A stretch of DNA of 64,000 nucleotides from an uncultured Opitutia bacterium (GTDB lineage: Bacteria > Verrucomicrobiota > Verrucomicrobiia > Opitutales > Opitutaceae). Positions 8,662 to 18,275 of the stretch are shown here, piece after piece. The notes beneath the pieces are model-generated. The model saw nothing but the letters and a program-made list of their open reading frames with translations. It was not told the origin of the DNA and did no database searches. Within the stretch, counting starts at the first letter, position 1. Each line of letters opens with the position of its first letter. The position numbers were made by a program, and so were the translations under genes. The stretch is taken from positions 6,194 through 70,193 of the forward strand of contig CAIRTK010000028.1 in NCBI GenBank assembly GCA_903881475.1, written 5' to 3'.

Positions 8662-9759
8662 TCAGAACTTGAACGTCCGGTTCTGCGCCGACTGCCGCAG
8701 CCAGTGATCGACCAGCACGAGCGCCGTCATCGCCTCGATGATCGGCACGGCGCGCGGGAGGACGCAGGGGTCGTGCCGGCCGCGCGCCGCCAGTTCGGTT
8801 TCGGCCCCGTGGATGTCCACGGTCTGCTGCGGCTGCAGGATCGTGGCGGTGGGCTTGAAGGCGACGCGGAAGACCAGCTCCTCGCCGTTGCTGATGCCGC
8901 CCTGCACGCCGCCGGAGCGGTTCGTCACCGTGCGCACGCGGCCATCGCGGTTCTCGAAGGCGTCGTTGTGCTCGGATCCCTTGAGTCGCGTGCCGGCAAA
9001 GCCGCTGCCGATTTCAAAGCCCTTCGTCGCGGGCAGCGAGAGCATCGCCTTCGCCAGGTCCGCTTCCAGCCGGTCGAACACCGGCTCGCCCAGCCCGGGC
9101 GGGACGCCGCGCACGCGGCACTCGATCACGCCGCCCACAGAATCGCCCTCGCTGCGCACCGCCTTGATGCGCTCGATCATCGCCGCCGCGGTCGCCGGAT
9201 GCGGGCAGCGCACCGCCGTGGCGTCCACCTCGGCCAGGGTGGGAAATTTTTCGAGCGCGGCCACCGGCGCCATGATGTCGTGCACTTGCGTGACAAACGC
9301 CCGGGTCTCGACGCCGCCGGCCAGCGCGAGGATTTTCTTCGCGATGGCACCGGCCGCCACCCGCCCGATCGTCTCGCGCGCGGAACTCCGGCCGCCGCCG
9401 CGATGGTCGCGCACCCCGTACTTGGCCTGGTAGGTGTAATCGGCGTGGGACGGGCGGAACTTCTCGCGCATCTCGTCGTAGGCGCCAGGACGCTGGTCGG
9501 AATTGTGCACCAGCAGCGAGATCGGCGTGCCCATGGTGCGACCCTCGAACAGGCCCGCGAGGATCTCGACCCGGTCGGCCTCCTTGCGCGGCGTGACGAT
9601 GTCGCTCTGCCCGGGCCGGCGGCGGTCGAGCTCGGCCTGGATTTCCTCCGCGGAGACCGGCAGGCCGGGCGGGCAGCCGTCGATCACGACGCCCACGGCC
9701 GCCCCGTGGCTTTCGCCCCAGGTGGTGATGGTGAAAAGTTTTCCGAAGCTGTTCGGCAT
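8662..9759 (-). CDS. aroC: Chorismate synthase
   Basis: ATG at 9759 gives [34 protein letters not shown]...RRRPGQS...[18 protein letters not shown]. This is the canonical AroC sequence at 365 aa. Confidence 0.95.
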   Translation of the reverse strand: MPNSFGKLFTITTWGESHGAAVGVVIDGCPPGLPVSAEEIQAELDRRRPGQSDIVTPRKEADRVEILAGLFEGRTMGTPISLLVHNSDQRPGAYDEMREKFRPSHADYTYQAKYGVRDHRGGGRSSARETIGRVAAGAIAKKILALAGGVETRAFVTQVHDIMAPVAALEKFPTLAEVDATAVRCPHPATAAAMIERIKAVRSEGDSVGGVIECRVRGVPPGLGEPVFDRLEADLAKAMLSLPATKGFEIGSGFAGTRLKGSEHNDAFENRDGRVRTVTNRSGGVQGGISNGEELVFRVAFKPTATILQPQQTVDIHGAETELAARGRHDPCVLPRAVPIIEAMTALVLVDHWLRQSAQNRTFKF

Positions 9760-9990
9760 CGCGACCGCGCAGCGTTGGCCGCCTGCCCGGCACCGGCAAG
9801 CGGCAAATCGGGCGCGGACCCGCCACCACACCCGCCCCGGCCGATGGCGGCCCGCCCTGAAAGACCAAAGGATTAGGCAACTTTTCCCCTCCCGCACCGT
9901 CATAGCACATCACCGTTTACAACCCGGAGCCTTTCACCTCTTATCCCCGTTCCCCGGCCCGGCCGGCCAATCTTCCACCGCCTCCCCTGC

Positions 9991-12036
9991 ATGAGCCTGA
10001 GCTTTTTCCGCCTGAGTTTTGCCGCCTGCCTGCTGCCAGCCGCCTTCAGCGCGAATGCCCAGACCCCGCCGCCGGCCGCCACTCCGGCCCGCGCCCCCGC
10101 CGCCAGCGAGGAACTCGTCGGACCCATCAAGCTCGCCGACGCCGACATCGACACCGTGCTTGGCGCCCTGGAGATCTACACCGGCCGCACCATCCTCCGG
10201 CCGCAGGCGCTGCCCACCGCGAATTACACGCTCAAGCTCAACAAGCAGGTACCCAAATCCGAGGTCATCACCGCCCTCGAGACTTTGCTCGCCCTGAACG
10301 GCGTCGGCATCTCCCCCCTCGGCGACAAGTTCCTGAAGGTCGTCGCCCTCAACCAGGTCAAGACCGAGGCGCCCGAGATGATCGACGGTTCCACGCTCGG
10401 CCTCCCCGCCAGCGGCCGGATCGCCACCAAGCTCTTCCAGCTCGAGTTTCTGCGCGTCAATGAATTCGTCCCGCAGATCGCGCCCATGATGTCGCCCGGC
10501 GTCGCCAACGGCATCGTGCCCCTCGACAAGGCCAACGCCGTCCTCATCACCGACAGCGTCAGCAACCTCCAGCGCGTCGAGAACCTGATCGGCCTGATCG
10601 ACCAGCCCAACGCCCGCGGCCTCTCCCCGAAGTTCTACCCGCTCCACGGCGGCGCGAAGGCCAGCGACCTCGTCAACAAGCTCCACCTGCTCTTCCAAGG
10701 CCCGCTGCAGGCCCAGCTGGGGTCCGCGACCACCTACAGCGCCGACGACCGCACCAACCAGATCATCCTCCTCGCCGATCCCCGGCAGTATGCCCTCTTC
10801 GACGACCTCATCGCCAAGCTCGATACCGTCGCCGAGCCCAACACCCGCAACGAGATCATCTACTTGAAGCACGCGACCGCCAAGGATGTCGCCTCCCTGC
10901 TCAGCCAGCTCGTGTCCGGGCAGAACAACGCCACCCAGAAGGCCAACAGCGCCGGCTCCGTGCGCCCCACCGCGCCGGGCCAGCCGGCCCAGCCCCCGGC
11001 GGCGCCCAACGCCGCCTCTGCCGCCGTCATCGCCAGCCTGTCCGAAAGCACCAACCAGTTCAGCAGCCTGATCACCGTGCTGGCCGACGACCGCAGCAAC
11101 GCCGTCATCGTGTCCGGCACCGTGGACGACATCCGCCTCATCCGCGACCTCGTGAGCAAGATCGACATCGTCCTGGCCCAGGTCCGCATCGAAGTCGTCA
11201 TCGCCGAGGTCACCCTCAGCGACACGGACACCAGCGGCGTCAATGCCCTCAACCTCACCTTCGGCCCGGGCGGTTCCGGCGGCACCCATATCACCAATTT
11301 CGACACCGGCACCTCCGCCAACGGCATCGCGGGCTGGAACATCACCGGCGGCGTGGTCAACCCCCTTGCCTTCCAGGCAGCGCTCGGCAACACCGGCTCC
11401 AAGAACCTCGTGAAGATCCTGTCCGCCCCGACCATCGTCACGACCCATAACAAGCAGGCGACGATGACCGTCACCCAGCAGCAGCCCGTCATCACCGGGA
11501 CAACCTCCACGCCCACCACCGGCGCCACCACAACCTCCAGCGGTTTCTCCACCAGCTCCCAGGTCACCTACAAGGACATCGGCATCACCCTCAAGGTCAC
11601 TCCGCTCATCGGCGATGACGGCAACATCCAGCTGGATGTCGACCAGACCGTCGACGACGTCATCAGCAACGTCACCATCGACGGCAACCAGCAGCCCGTC
11701 ATCGGCCACCGCGAGGCCACCGGCTCCGTGACCGTGCAGGACGGGAAAATGATCGTGCTCGGCGGCCTGCAGCGCAGCTCGCGCAGCTTGTCCCGCACCA
11801 AGCTCGGCTTCCTCTTCGAAATCCCGATCATCAGCCAGCTCCTCGGCGGCCGGAACAACGACATCGAGCGCACCGAGCTGCTGCTCTTCATCCGGCCCCA
11901 CGTCCTGCGCCCGGAGGAAAGCACCGCCGACACGCAGAAGAAGATCAACGACCTCTCCAACAAGGAGCAGGTGAACCAATATCTGGTCGATCCGACGAAG
12001 CAGCCGAAGGAAAGCCTGATCGACAAGCTCAAGTAG
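9991..12036 (+). CDS. gspD: Type II secretion system secretin GspD
   Basis: Signal peptide MSLSFFRLSFAACLLPAAFSANAQ. N0/N1-type repeats are present (DTVLGALEIYTGRTIL, ALETLLALNGV, RVENLIGLIDQP). The C-terminal secretin core is VKILSAPTIVTTHNKQATM...YKDIGITLKVTPLIGDDGNIQL...GGLQ. Confidence 0.9.
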   Translation: MSLSFFRLSFAACLLPAAFSANAQTPPPAATPARAPAASEELVGPIKLADADIDTVLGALEIYTGRTILRPQALPTANYTLKLNKQVPKSEVITALETLLALNGVGISPLGDKFLKVVALNQVKTEAPEMIDGSTLGLPASGRIATKLFQLEFLRVNEFVPQIAPMMSPGVANGIVPLDKANAVLITDSVSNLQRVENLIGLIDQPNARGLSPKFYPLHGGAKASDLVNKLHLLFQGPLQAQLGSATTYSADDRTNQIILLADPRQYALFDDLIAKLDTVAEPNTRNEIIYLKHATAKDVASLLSQLVSGQNNATQKANSAGSVRPTAPGQPAQPPAAPNAASAAVIASLSESTNQFSSLITVLADDRSNAVIVSGTVDDIRLIRDLVSKIDIVLAQVRIEVVIAEVTLSDTDTSGVNALNLTFGPGGSGGTHITNFDTGTSANGIAGWNITGGVVNPLAFQAALGNTGSKNLVKILSAPTIVTTHNKQATMTVTQQQPVITGTTSTPTTGATTTSSGFSTSSQVTYKDIGITLKVTPLIGDDGNIQLDVDQTVDDVISNVTIDGNQQPVIGHREATGSVTVQDGKMIVLGGLQRSSRSLSRTKLGFLFEIPIISQLLGGRNNDIERTELLLFIRPHVLRPEESTADTQKKINDLSNKEQVNQYLVDPTKQPKESLIDKLK

Positions 12037-12052
12037 GCCGCGCGCCGCCGTA

Positions 12053-13777
12053 ATGATCGCGACCGCCCCTGCGTCCCTGCCCGAGTCCCTCGCCGCCCGC
12101 CTCACCGAGGAGCAGCGCCAGGCCGTCGCCGAGTCCCCGCGCGAGAAGCGCCTCGCGACCCTCGCCGCCGCGCTGAAGCTCTCCGAGCCCGAGGCCCTCA
12201 CCGGCCTCGCCGGGGCCGCCGGCCTGGACATCGCCACCAACCTCGAGCCCGACCTCGCCGCCCGCGGCCTCCTGCCGGCCCGGCTCGTGCACGATTACCA
12301 GGTCATTCCGATCCGCTTCGGCGTGCCCGCCGGGGAGCCGGACGCACCCGCCGCCCTTTCCACGCAACCCCTGCACCTGGCCACCGCCTGGCCGCCCGAT
12401 GACGTGATGGCCGACTGGCTCCGCACCTTCACGCCGCGGCCGCCCGTGTGGCATCTCGCCGTGCCGGAGCGCGTGCACCAGCTCATCATCGAGAATTTCG
12501 GCGTCGGCTCCGGCTCGCTCGAGGACGGCGACGACTCCTATGTCGCGCCGGAAACCGCGTCGCAGACCGAGGAGGTCGTGGACGAGGACGCCGCCGTGGT
12601 GCGCTTCGTCACCGACGTGATCTCGCAGGCGGTCGAGGATCAGGCGACCGACATCCATTGGGAGCCGCAGGAGGGCCAGCTGCGCATCCGGTACCGCGTC
12701 GACGGCCTGCTCGTCCCCGTGCCTGTGCCGCAGAACCTCCTGCGCTTCCAGGACGCCATCATCTCGCGCCTCAAGATCATGGCGCGCCTCAACATCTCGG
12801 AGAAGCGCCTGCCGCAGGACGGCCGCATCAATTTCAGAGCCAACGGCACGACGCTCGACATCCGCGTCTCGACCATCCCCACGATCTACGCCGAGTCCAT
12901 CTCGCTCCGGCTCCTGAACCAGAAGAAGGAGGCCTACACGATGGACCGCATCGGCATGAGCGCCGAGGAGCAGGCGCAGATCACGCAGATCCTCGACTAC
13001 CCGCACGGCATCGTGCTCGTGACGGGCCCCACCGGCTCCGGCAAGAGCACCTCCCTGAACGCGTTCCTGCGGAAGATCAACTCCACGGACCTCCGCATCA
13101 TCACCATCGAGGACCCGATCGAATACGAGGTGCCCGGCGTGAACCAGATGCAGGTGCGCCCGGAGATCGGGCTCACCTTCGCCGATGCGCTCCGGCACGT
13201 GCTCCGGCAGGATCCCGACGTGATCATGGTCGGTGAAATCCGCGACAAGGACACCGCCGAGATCGCCATCCGCGCCTCGCTCACCGGCCACTTGGTGTTC
13301 TCCACGCTCCACACCAACGACGCGCCCGGCGCCATCACCCGCCTCATCGACATGGGCATCGAGCCGTTTCTCGTCGCCTCCGCCATCGAACTCGTCATCG
13401 CCCAGCGCCTGGTCCGCCGCCTCTGCCCGCAGTGCGCGCGGCCCGCCCCGGTCTCAAAGGTGAAGCTGATCGAGAGCCTCGCCATCCTCGGGTGCAACGC
13501 GTCCGAGGCCGAGCTCATCACGGAGCTCAACACGCCCGTCGGCTGCGACCGGTGCCGCGGCACCGGCTACCGCGGCCGCATCGGCATCTTCGAGATCTTC
13601 CGGCTCAACGACGAGATGCACGAGCTGGTGCTGAAGCACGAAAGCACGCGCACCCTCGCCGAGACCGCCCGCCGCAACGGCATGCGCACCCTCGGCCAGA
13701 GCGGCTGGGAAAAGGTGAAGGCCGGCTACACCACCCTGGACGAAGTCCTGCGCGTGATCACGGTGACGGAGAAATGA
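12053..13777 (+). CDS. gspE: Type II secretion ATPase GspE
   Basis: Contains a T2SSE N-domain, Walker A GPTGSGKST, Walker B/Asp box IMVGEIRD, His box TGHLVFSTLHTN and the tetracysteine CPQC...CDRC motif. Confidence 0.93.
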   Translation: MIATAPASLPESLAARLTEEQRQAVAESPREKRLATLAAALKLSEPEALTGLAGAAGLDIATNLEPDLAARGLLPARLVHDYQVIPIRFGVPAGEPDAPAALSTQPLHLATAWPPDDVMADWLRTFTPRPPVWHLAVPERVHQLIIENFGVGSGSLEDGDDSYVAPETASQTEEVVDEDAAVVRFVTDVISQAVEDQATDIHWEPQEGQLRIRYRVDGLLVPVPVPQNLLRFQDAIISRLKIMARLNISEKRLPQDGRINFRANGTTLDIRVSTIPTIYAESISLRLLNQKKEAYTMDRIGMSAEEQAQITQILDYPHGIVLVTGPTGSGKSTSLNAFLRKINSTDLRIITIEDPIEYEVPGVNQMQVRPEIGLTFADALRHVLRQDPDVIMVGEIRDKDTAEIAIRASLTGHLVFSTLHTNDAPGAITRLIDMGIEPFLVASAIELVIAQRLVRRLCPQCARPAPVSKVKLIESLAILGCNASEAELITELNTPVGCDRCRGTGYRGRIGIFEIFRLNDEMHELVLKHESTRTLAETARRNGMRTLGQSGWEKVKAGYTTLDEVLRVITVTEK

Positions 13778-13925
13778 TGCGTGCTCCGCCGCAGGGAAAT
13801 TGGGCGATTGCAGCTGGGAGATGGAAATCCTGCTCTCTGCCTGCGGAAGCTCTCCTGATTCAGCACTTCCATCTCCCATCGCCAATCTCCCAACTCCGCC
13901 GGCCGCTTGGCGGCCGGTTTTCCTG

Positions 13926-15152
13926 ATGCCCCGCTTCACCTACAGTGCCCGCGACCACAGCGGGAAAAACATCGCCGACGTACTGGAGGCGCCGAGCCGC
14001 AAGGACGCGCTCCGGCTCCTCGCGGCGCGCGGGCTGCAGGTCGTCGCGGTCCAGGAGGCCGGCGGCGGGCGGGCGGCCCGGAGCGTGGTCGGTGCGGCGG
14101 CGCCGCCCGTCGAACTCACGCGCAAGCACCGGCTGCCGTTTCTCGAGGCGCTGCATGACCTCCTGACCAGCGGCATGTCGGCGGGCGAGGCGGTGCGGCT
14201 GCTCTCGGTGCGCATCAAGGAGCCCGGGCTGCGCACCCTCAGCGGCGGCTTGTGGGAGCGCCTGAGCGAGGGCGCGCCGCTTTCGCGCGCCATGGGGGAG
14301 TTTCCCGCCGTGTTCGATCCCTCCACCGTCAGCCTCATCCAGGCGGGCGAGGCCACCGGCTCGCTCAAGGACACGCTCGAACGGCTGATCGCCCACCTGA
14401 GCGAGCAACGCGACCTCCGGGCCAAGCTGCTCTCCGCCCTCGCGTACCCGGTCCTGCTGATCGTCGTGGCCTGCGGCCTCGTGCTCTTCTTCCTCTTTTT
14501 CCTGCTGCCGCGCCTGCAGACGCTCTTCGCCTCGCTCCATGGCGAGCTGCCCCTTTCCACCAAGATCCTCGTCGGGGGCGCGAATTTCGCCCTACACTAC
14601 GGCCCGTTTATCGCGGTGGCCGCGGTGCTGGGGGGAATTTCCTTCTGGCGCTGGCGGCAGACGGAGGCCGGGCGCCTCGCGACCGACGCGTGGCTGCTGC
14701 GGCTGCCGCTCATCGGCCCGTTCGTCGTTTCCCAGACGGTGCTGGCGTTCAGCCAGACGCTCGGTGTGCTGCTGGCCAACGGCATCACCGCGGTCGAGGC
14801 GCTCCGCATGACCGAGCGGCAGCTCGCGAACCGCGTGCACCGGCGGGCGTTTCACGACGCGACCGACCGCGTCGTCGAGGGCGAGGCCCTCTCCAGTTCC
14901 CTGGGCCGCACGGGCTGTTTCCCCGACCTGGTGCTCGACCGGCTGACCGTCGGCGAGAACACCGGCAATGTCGTGCCCAGCCTCCACGAGATCGCCCGCA
15001 ATTATCAGCGCATCATTTCCGGCCAGCTCAACGTCTTCGTGAACGTCATCGCCACCGTCGTCCTGCTGGCGGTGTTTGTGGTGGTCGGCTTCATCGCCTT
15101 CGCGATCGTGAGCGCAGTCTTCAAGGTCAGCTCCAGCTTCAAGCTGGGGTGA
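13926..15152 (+). CDS. gspF: Type II secretion inner-membrane platform protein GspF
   Basis: ATG at 13926 gives MPRFTYSARDHSGKNIADVLEAPSRKDALRLLAARGLQVV, the typical GspF/PilC start. There are two T2SSF-type repeats and three TM segments. The upstream part of the listed ORF is repeat DNA. Confidence 0.9.
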   Translation: MPRFTYSARDHSGKNIADVLEAPSRKDALRLLAARGLQVVAVQEAGGGRAARSVVGAAAPPVELTRKHRLPFLEALHDLLTSGMSAGEAVRLLSVRIKEPGLRTLSGGLWERLSEGAPLSRAMGEFPAVFDPSTVSLIQAGEATGSLKDTLERLIAHLSEQRDLRAKLLSALAYPVLLIVVACGLVLFFLFFLLPRLQTLFASLHGELPLSTKILVGGANFALHYGPFIAVAAVLGGISFWRWRQTEAGRLATDAWLLRLPLIGPFVVSQTVLAFSQTLGVLLANGITAVEALRMTERQLANRVHRRAFHDATDRVVEGEALSSSLGRTGCFPDLVLDRLTVGENTGNVVPSLHEIARNYQRIISGQLNVFVNVIATVVLLAVFVVVGFIAFAIVSAVFKVSSSFKLG

Positions 15153-15182
15153 CGATCGCCCCGCCCGGGGGCGGGCGGAGAT

Positions 15183-15279
15183 CGCAGTTCGGAGCTCGCA
15201 GTTTGGGCCAAAGCCATCGGGTTCAGCTTCGCGTCAGCGTTGCCTGGCGATCGGCCCAAACTGCGAGCTCCGAACTGCG
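15183..15279. repeat. 27-bp perfect inverted repeat with 43-nt spacer between convergent genes (possible bidirectional terminator/REP-like element)
   Basis: CGCAGTTCGGAGCTCGCAGTTTGGGCC at 15183-15209 is the exact reverse complement of GGCCCAAACTGCGAGCTCCGAACTGCG at 15253-15279. Confidence 0.9.
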
Positions 15280-15297
15280 AACCCGGCTTTCGACGGT

Positions 15298-17169
15298 TTA
15301 CGGCACTTCGTAAATCTCGACCAGCACCACGCCCGAGGCCCCGCCCACGCCGAGCGCTTCCGCGGAATAGACCCCCGGATCGAGCGTCACGAGCAGAACC
15401 GCATCCAAGCTGGCCGGATCCAATGAAAAGGCCCCGAGGCTGGCCGCGAGATTGCTGATGAGGGTTGAACCGCCCCAATTGTCATTGGTCAGGGTGGTGC
15501 CCTGCGGCAGATTAAGCTGGAGCTGCGGATCAGACATGAAGCCGGTGACGCCGTAGGTGCCGAGGGTCGGGCCCACCGCGCGGATCATCAGCGTTTTGGC
15601 GGTGGAGCCGCCGATCACAAAGCCCGCGATCAGCGGGTTGTCGTTGGACATGCTCGCCCGCGCCGAGAGGTTGATGAGCCGCGGGGTCGTCGGACTGAAG
15701 ACCGAGGGATTGGCGTCGTAGATTTCCGCCAGCACGGTTCCGGTCGTGTTGTTCACCCCGCTTACACTCGCCGAATACACCCCGGCTGGCAGGGTCGCGA
15801 CGAGGGCTGAATCCTTGCTGGTAGTGCTCGGCAGGGCGAATGCGCCCACGGCCGCCGCCACGCTCATCACGGTGGGATCGCCGCCCCAGTTGTCATTCGT
15901 CAGCAGCGGCACCGTCGCGCCCGAGGGGATGATGTTGAGGATCGGATCCGCCATCACTCCGGGAACACCATAGCTGGCGAGCGTCGGACCGATCCCGCGA
16001 ATCAGCAGCTGCTTGCTGCCGGAGGTGCCGGCGCCGCCCGTCACGAAGCCGGCAAACAGCACGTTGGCCCCCGTGCCGGAGACAATGCGGACCGAGACAT
16101 TGATGAGGCGGCCGGGATTGGCGGTGTTGACCACCGTCAGGCCGGCGGCGGTGCTGGTCACCGCGCCGGATCCGTTGCTCACGGTTACCGTGTACCCGGC
16201 CGCATCGCTGGCCTGGGCGTTGGAGATGAGATACTGGCTGGAGGTGGCCCCGGAGATGGGGCTGCCGCCTTTGGTCCACTGGTAGGTCAGGCCTCCGCCG
16301 GTCGCGCCCACGCTGAAGACCACCGAACCGCCCGTGGCCACCGTATGGCCCTGCGGCTGGCTCGTGATCACCGGCGCACTCGAGGCAGTGACGGTCAGCA
16401 CAGCCCCTGTGCTTGTGACGGTACCCGCCGAGTTGGTCACGACTGCGGTGTAAGTCCCCGCATCCGACGGCTGCACGTTGTTCAGCGTCAGGGCCGAACC
16501 GGTCTCGCCGGTGATCGCCACGCCGCCCTTGTCCCACTGGATGGTCGGCGCCGGATTGCCCGACGCCCCGACATAAAAAGTCGCCGTGCCACCAGTGGTC
16601 AGGGCCAGGCTTTGCGGCTGGGCCGTGATGGTGGGGGCCGACGTCGCCCCCGACGAGACGGTGATGGTGTAGAAATACGAATGGGTGTTGCCCGTGCCAT
16701 TCAGGCCCTGCCACGCCGTAAGGGTAACCAGATAGGCCCCGGCCGTCGTGGGAGTGCCGCTGAGCAGCAAGTTCGTCGTGTTGATTGTGCCCGAGGAGGT
16801 CAGCCCCGAATAATTCATCCCCGGCGGAAACGAGCCCGTGACCGACCATGACTGGGTCGCCGTTTCAGTGCCCGTCAGCGACAGGGCCACGACCACCGCT
16901 GTCCCCGTCGTGACACTGATGCCCGAGGCGGAGCCGCTGGAGGTGACCAGTTGCGCGGTGGTCGCACCCGCCAGGGAGTCGACGGCCCCGAGCGACGCCG
17001 CAGCCAGGGCCGCGGACTTCAGCACCGCGCCCGCCGGCGAGGCGGCGACCATTTCCTCCACCGCAGCGGCCACGCGCAGCACGGGCGTGCGCTGCAGCAA
17101 GGCGATGAGCAGGCCGGTCGGCACATTGAACCAATGCAGCCAGCGCTGCAGCGAGGAGGATAGTTTCAT
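15298..17169 (-). CDS. Secreted/surface Ig-repeat protein: He_PIG-like domain, two I-set Ig domains and two tandem ~130-140-aa C-terminal modules
   Basis: The two Ig repeats are APTITAQPQSLALTTGGTATFYVGASGNPAPTIQWDKGG...DAGTYTAVVTNSAGTVTS and APVITSQPQGHTVATGGSVVFSVGATGGGLTYQWTKGG...DAAGYTVTVSNGSGAVTS. The duplicated C-terminal module follows the pattern RLIN(V/L)S.R...(L/I)(F/I)AGFV.GG...K.L(L/M)IR..GPTL..YGV.G...DP.L......NDNWGG...GAF.L.....D....TL..GVYSA...G....G..L.EIY. The start is either ATG 17169 (MKLSSS) or GTG 17187. Confidence 0.8.
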   Translation of the reverse strand: MKLSSSLQRWLHWFNVPTGLLIALLQRTPVLRVAAAVEEMVAASPAGAVLKSAALAAASLGAVDSLAGATTAQLVTSSGSASGISVTTGTAVVVALSLTGTETATQSWSVTGSFPPGMNYSGLTSSGTINTTNLLLSGTPTTAGAYLVTLTAWQGLNGTGNTHSYFYTITVSSGATSAPTITAQPQSLALTTGGTATFYVGASGNPAPTIQWDKGGVAITGETGSALTLNNVQPSDAGTYTAVVTNSAGTVTSTGAVLTVTASSAPVITSQPQGHTVATGGSVVFSVGATGGGLTYQWTKGGSPISGATSSQYLISNAQASDAAGYTVTVSNGSGAVTSTAAGLTVVNTANPGRLINVSVRIVSGTGANVLFAGFVTGGAGTSGSKQLLIRGIGPTLASYGVPGVMADPILNIIPSGATVPLLTNDNWGGDPTVMSVAAAVGAFALPSTTSKDSALVATLPAGVYSASVSGVNNTTGTVLAEIYDANPSVFSPTTPRLINLSARASMSNDNPLIAGFVIGGSTAKTLMIRAVGPTLGTYGVTGFMSDPQLQLNLPQGTTLTNDNWGGSTLISNLAASLGAFSLDPASLDAVLLVTLDPGVYSAEALGVGGASGVVLVEIYEVP

Positions 17170-17399
17170 GGGGAAATACTTCTGCACAGACCGCGGGACA
17201 AACCTTGGGTGTCGGATAAAAATCCGCCTCTTCGGTTTTGCGGAATAGACGGCACTTATGAACGGATTGTTACCCTCCCCAAGCCGAGTTCAGCACCCGT
17301 GGGGCCGCCACTCTGCTAGCAGTGGTCATGCCGCGGCCACCGCCAGAGGGCAAAATCGGCGCCAAAGCGAGGGTGGTGTTGGAGCAGCCAGGCACGGGC

Positions 17400-17630
17400 T
17401 CAGTTGCAGCCGCAGCCGCTGCCGCCCACGCCGCGGCCGCCGTTGGCCGATTCCCGGGAAAAATAGATATGCTCCGACATTGCGGTACCCAGCGGATCGC
17501 GGTCCGGTCGCATGGCATAGCTGGCCAGGGTGGCGCGCTCCCACGGCTGGACGTTGACGCTGGTGCAGCCGGTGAAAAGCCCGGTCAGCAGGACAAGGAG
17601 CAGGAACGGGATGAGACGTGGGGATTTCAT
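17400..17630 (-). CDS. DUF4266-like small lipoprotein
   Basis: MKSPRLIPFLLLVLLTGLFTGC provides a lipobox. The C-terminus is glycine-rich and ends GGSGCGCN. At 76 aa it matches my recollection of the DUF4266 family, which travels with DUF3570. Confidence 0.75.
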   Translation of the reverse strand: MKSPRLIPFLLLVLLTGLFTGCTSVNVQPWERATLASYAMRPDRDPLGTAMSEHIYFSRESANGGRGVGGSGCGCN

Positions 17631-17684
17631 GGTATGGGCAATTGGAATGAGGTGGAACGCGTTGGACAGAAGAGGGCACGGGTT

Positions 17685-18275
17685 TCATTGTCTGTCTTTC
17701 TCGGCCAGCAGGGTTTCGACCTGGGTGCGCAGCTCCTTCTCGGTGGCGCTGCCGTGAAAACCCGCATGCACGAAGCGGACGCGGCCGTCGCGGCCCAGCA
17801 CATAGGAGGTCGGCATCGCGGGTACCTTCACCTTGCTCACGAGCTGTTTTTGCTGGTCGAGCAGCGTGGCAAAGGACGGATGGAATTTCTTCAGGAACCC
17901 TTCGTAGTCGACTGTCCGGTCGTCCACGCTCACCGCCACCACGACCAGCCCGCGCGCCGCGTAATCGGCCTGGATCCGGGCATAGACCGGAAACGACGCC
18001 TTGCACGGCGCACACCACGAGGCCCAGAAATCCACGATGGTCACGTGACCAGCCGTCACGGGCAGCGGACCGCCGGTCAGCCCGGCTGTGGCCAGCGCGG
18101 GGAAGGCCTCGCCAGGCTTCAGCTCGGCGCGCACCGCCGGCACCGCCAGCGCGGCGAACAGTAGCATGACGACCGTAGCAGTCGAAGTAAGGAGGCTGGC
18201 GCGAGGCGCCAGGGCCGGCCCAGCCCCGTCACTTGGGCTGCTACGGTTCGGTGCGGAATTAAGTTGCGGCGACAT
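17685..18275 (-). CDS. TlpA/ResA-like membrane-anchored thiol:disulfide oxidoreductase (thioredoxin fold)
   Basis: ATG at 18275 gives MSPQLNS.... The TM anchor is TATVVMLLFAALAVPAV and the active site is DFWASWCAPCKASFP. It overlaps the apbE stop by 17 nt. The longer listed ORF (to 18842) is antisense-free but has no support. Confidence 0.85.
   Translation of the reverse strand: MSPQLNSAPNRSSPSDGAGPALAPRASLLTSTATVVMLLFAALAVPAVRAELKPGEAFPALATAGLTGGPLPVTAGHVTIVDFWASWCAPCKASFPVYARIQADYAARGLVVVAVSVDDRTVDYEGFLKKFHPSFATLLDQQKQLVSKVKVPAMPTSYVLGRDGRVRFVHAGFHGSATEKELRTQVETLLAEKDRQ

Noticed and set aside
9934-12240. A 768-aa minus-strand ORF covering gspD.
   Set aside because: It is antisense to a secretin with a clear signal peptide and secretin core. 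Its translation is repetitive D/G/A/V/L-rich sequence without motifs.
16243-16257. ISGAT in the second Ig domain of the Ig-repeat protein, as a third flavinylation motif.
   Set aside because: It lacks the Asp at position -6 (the sequence is GSPISGAT). It also sits in a strand position where bacterial I-set repeats commonly read ..G..I.GAT. It was therefore not counted as support for the ApbE hypothesis.
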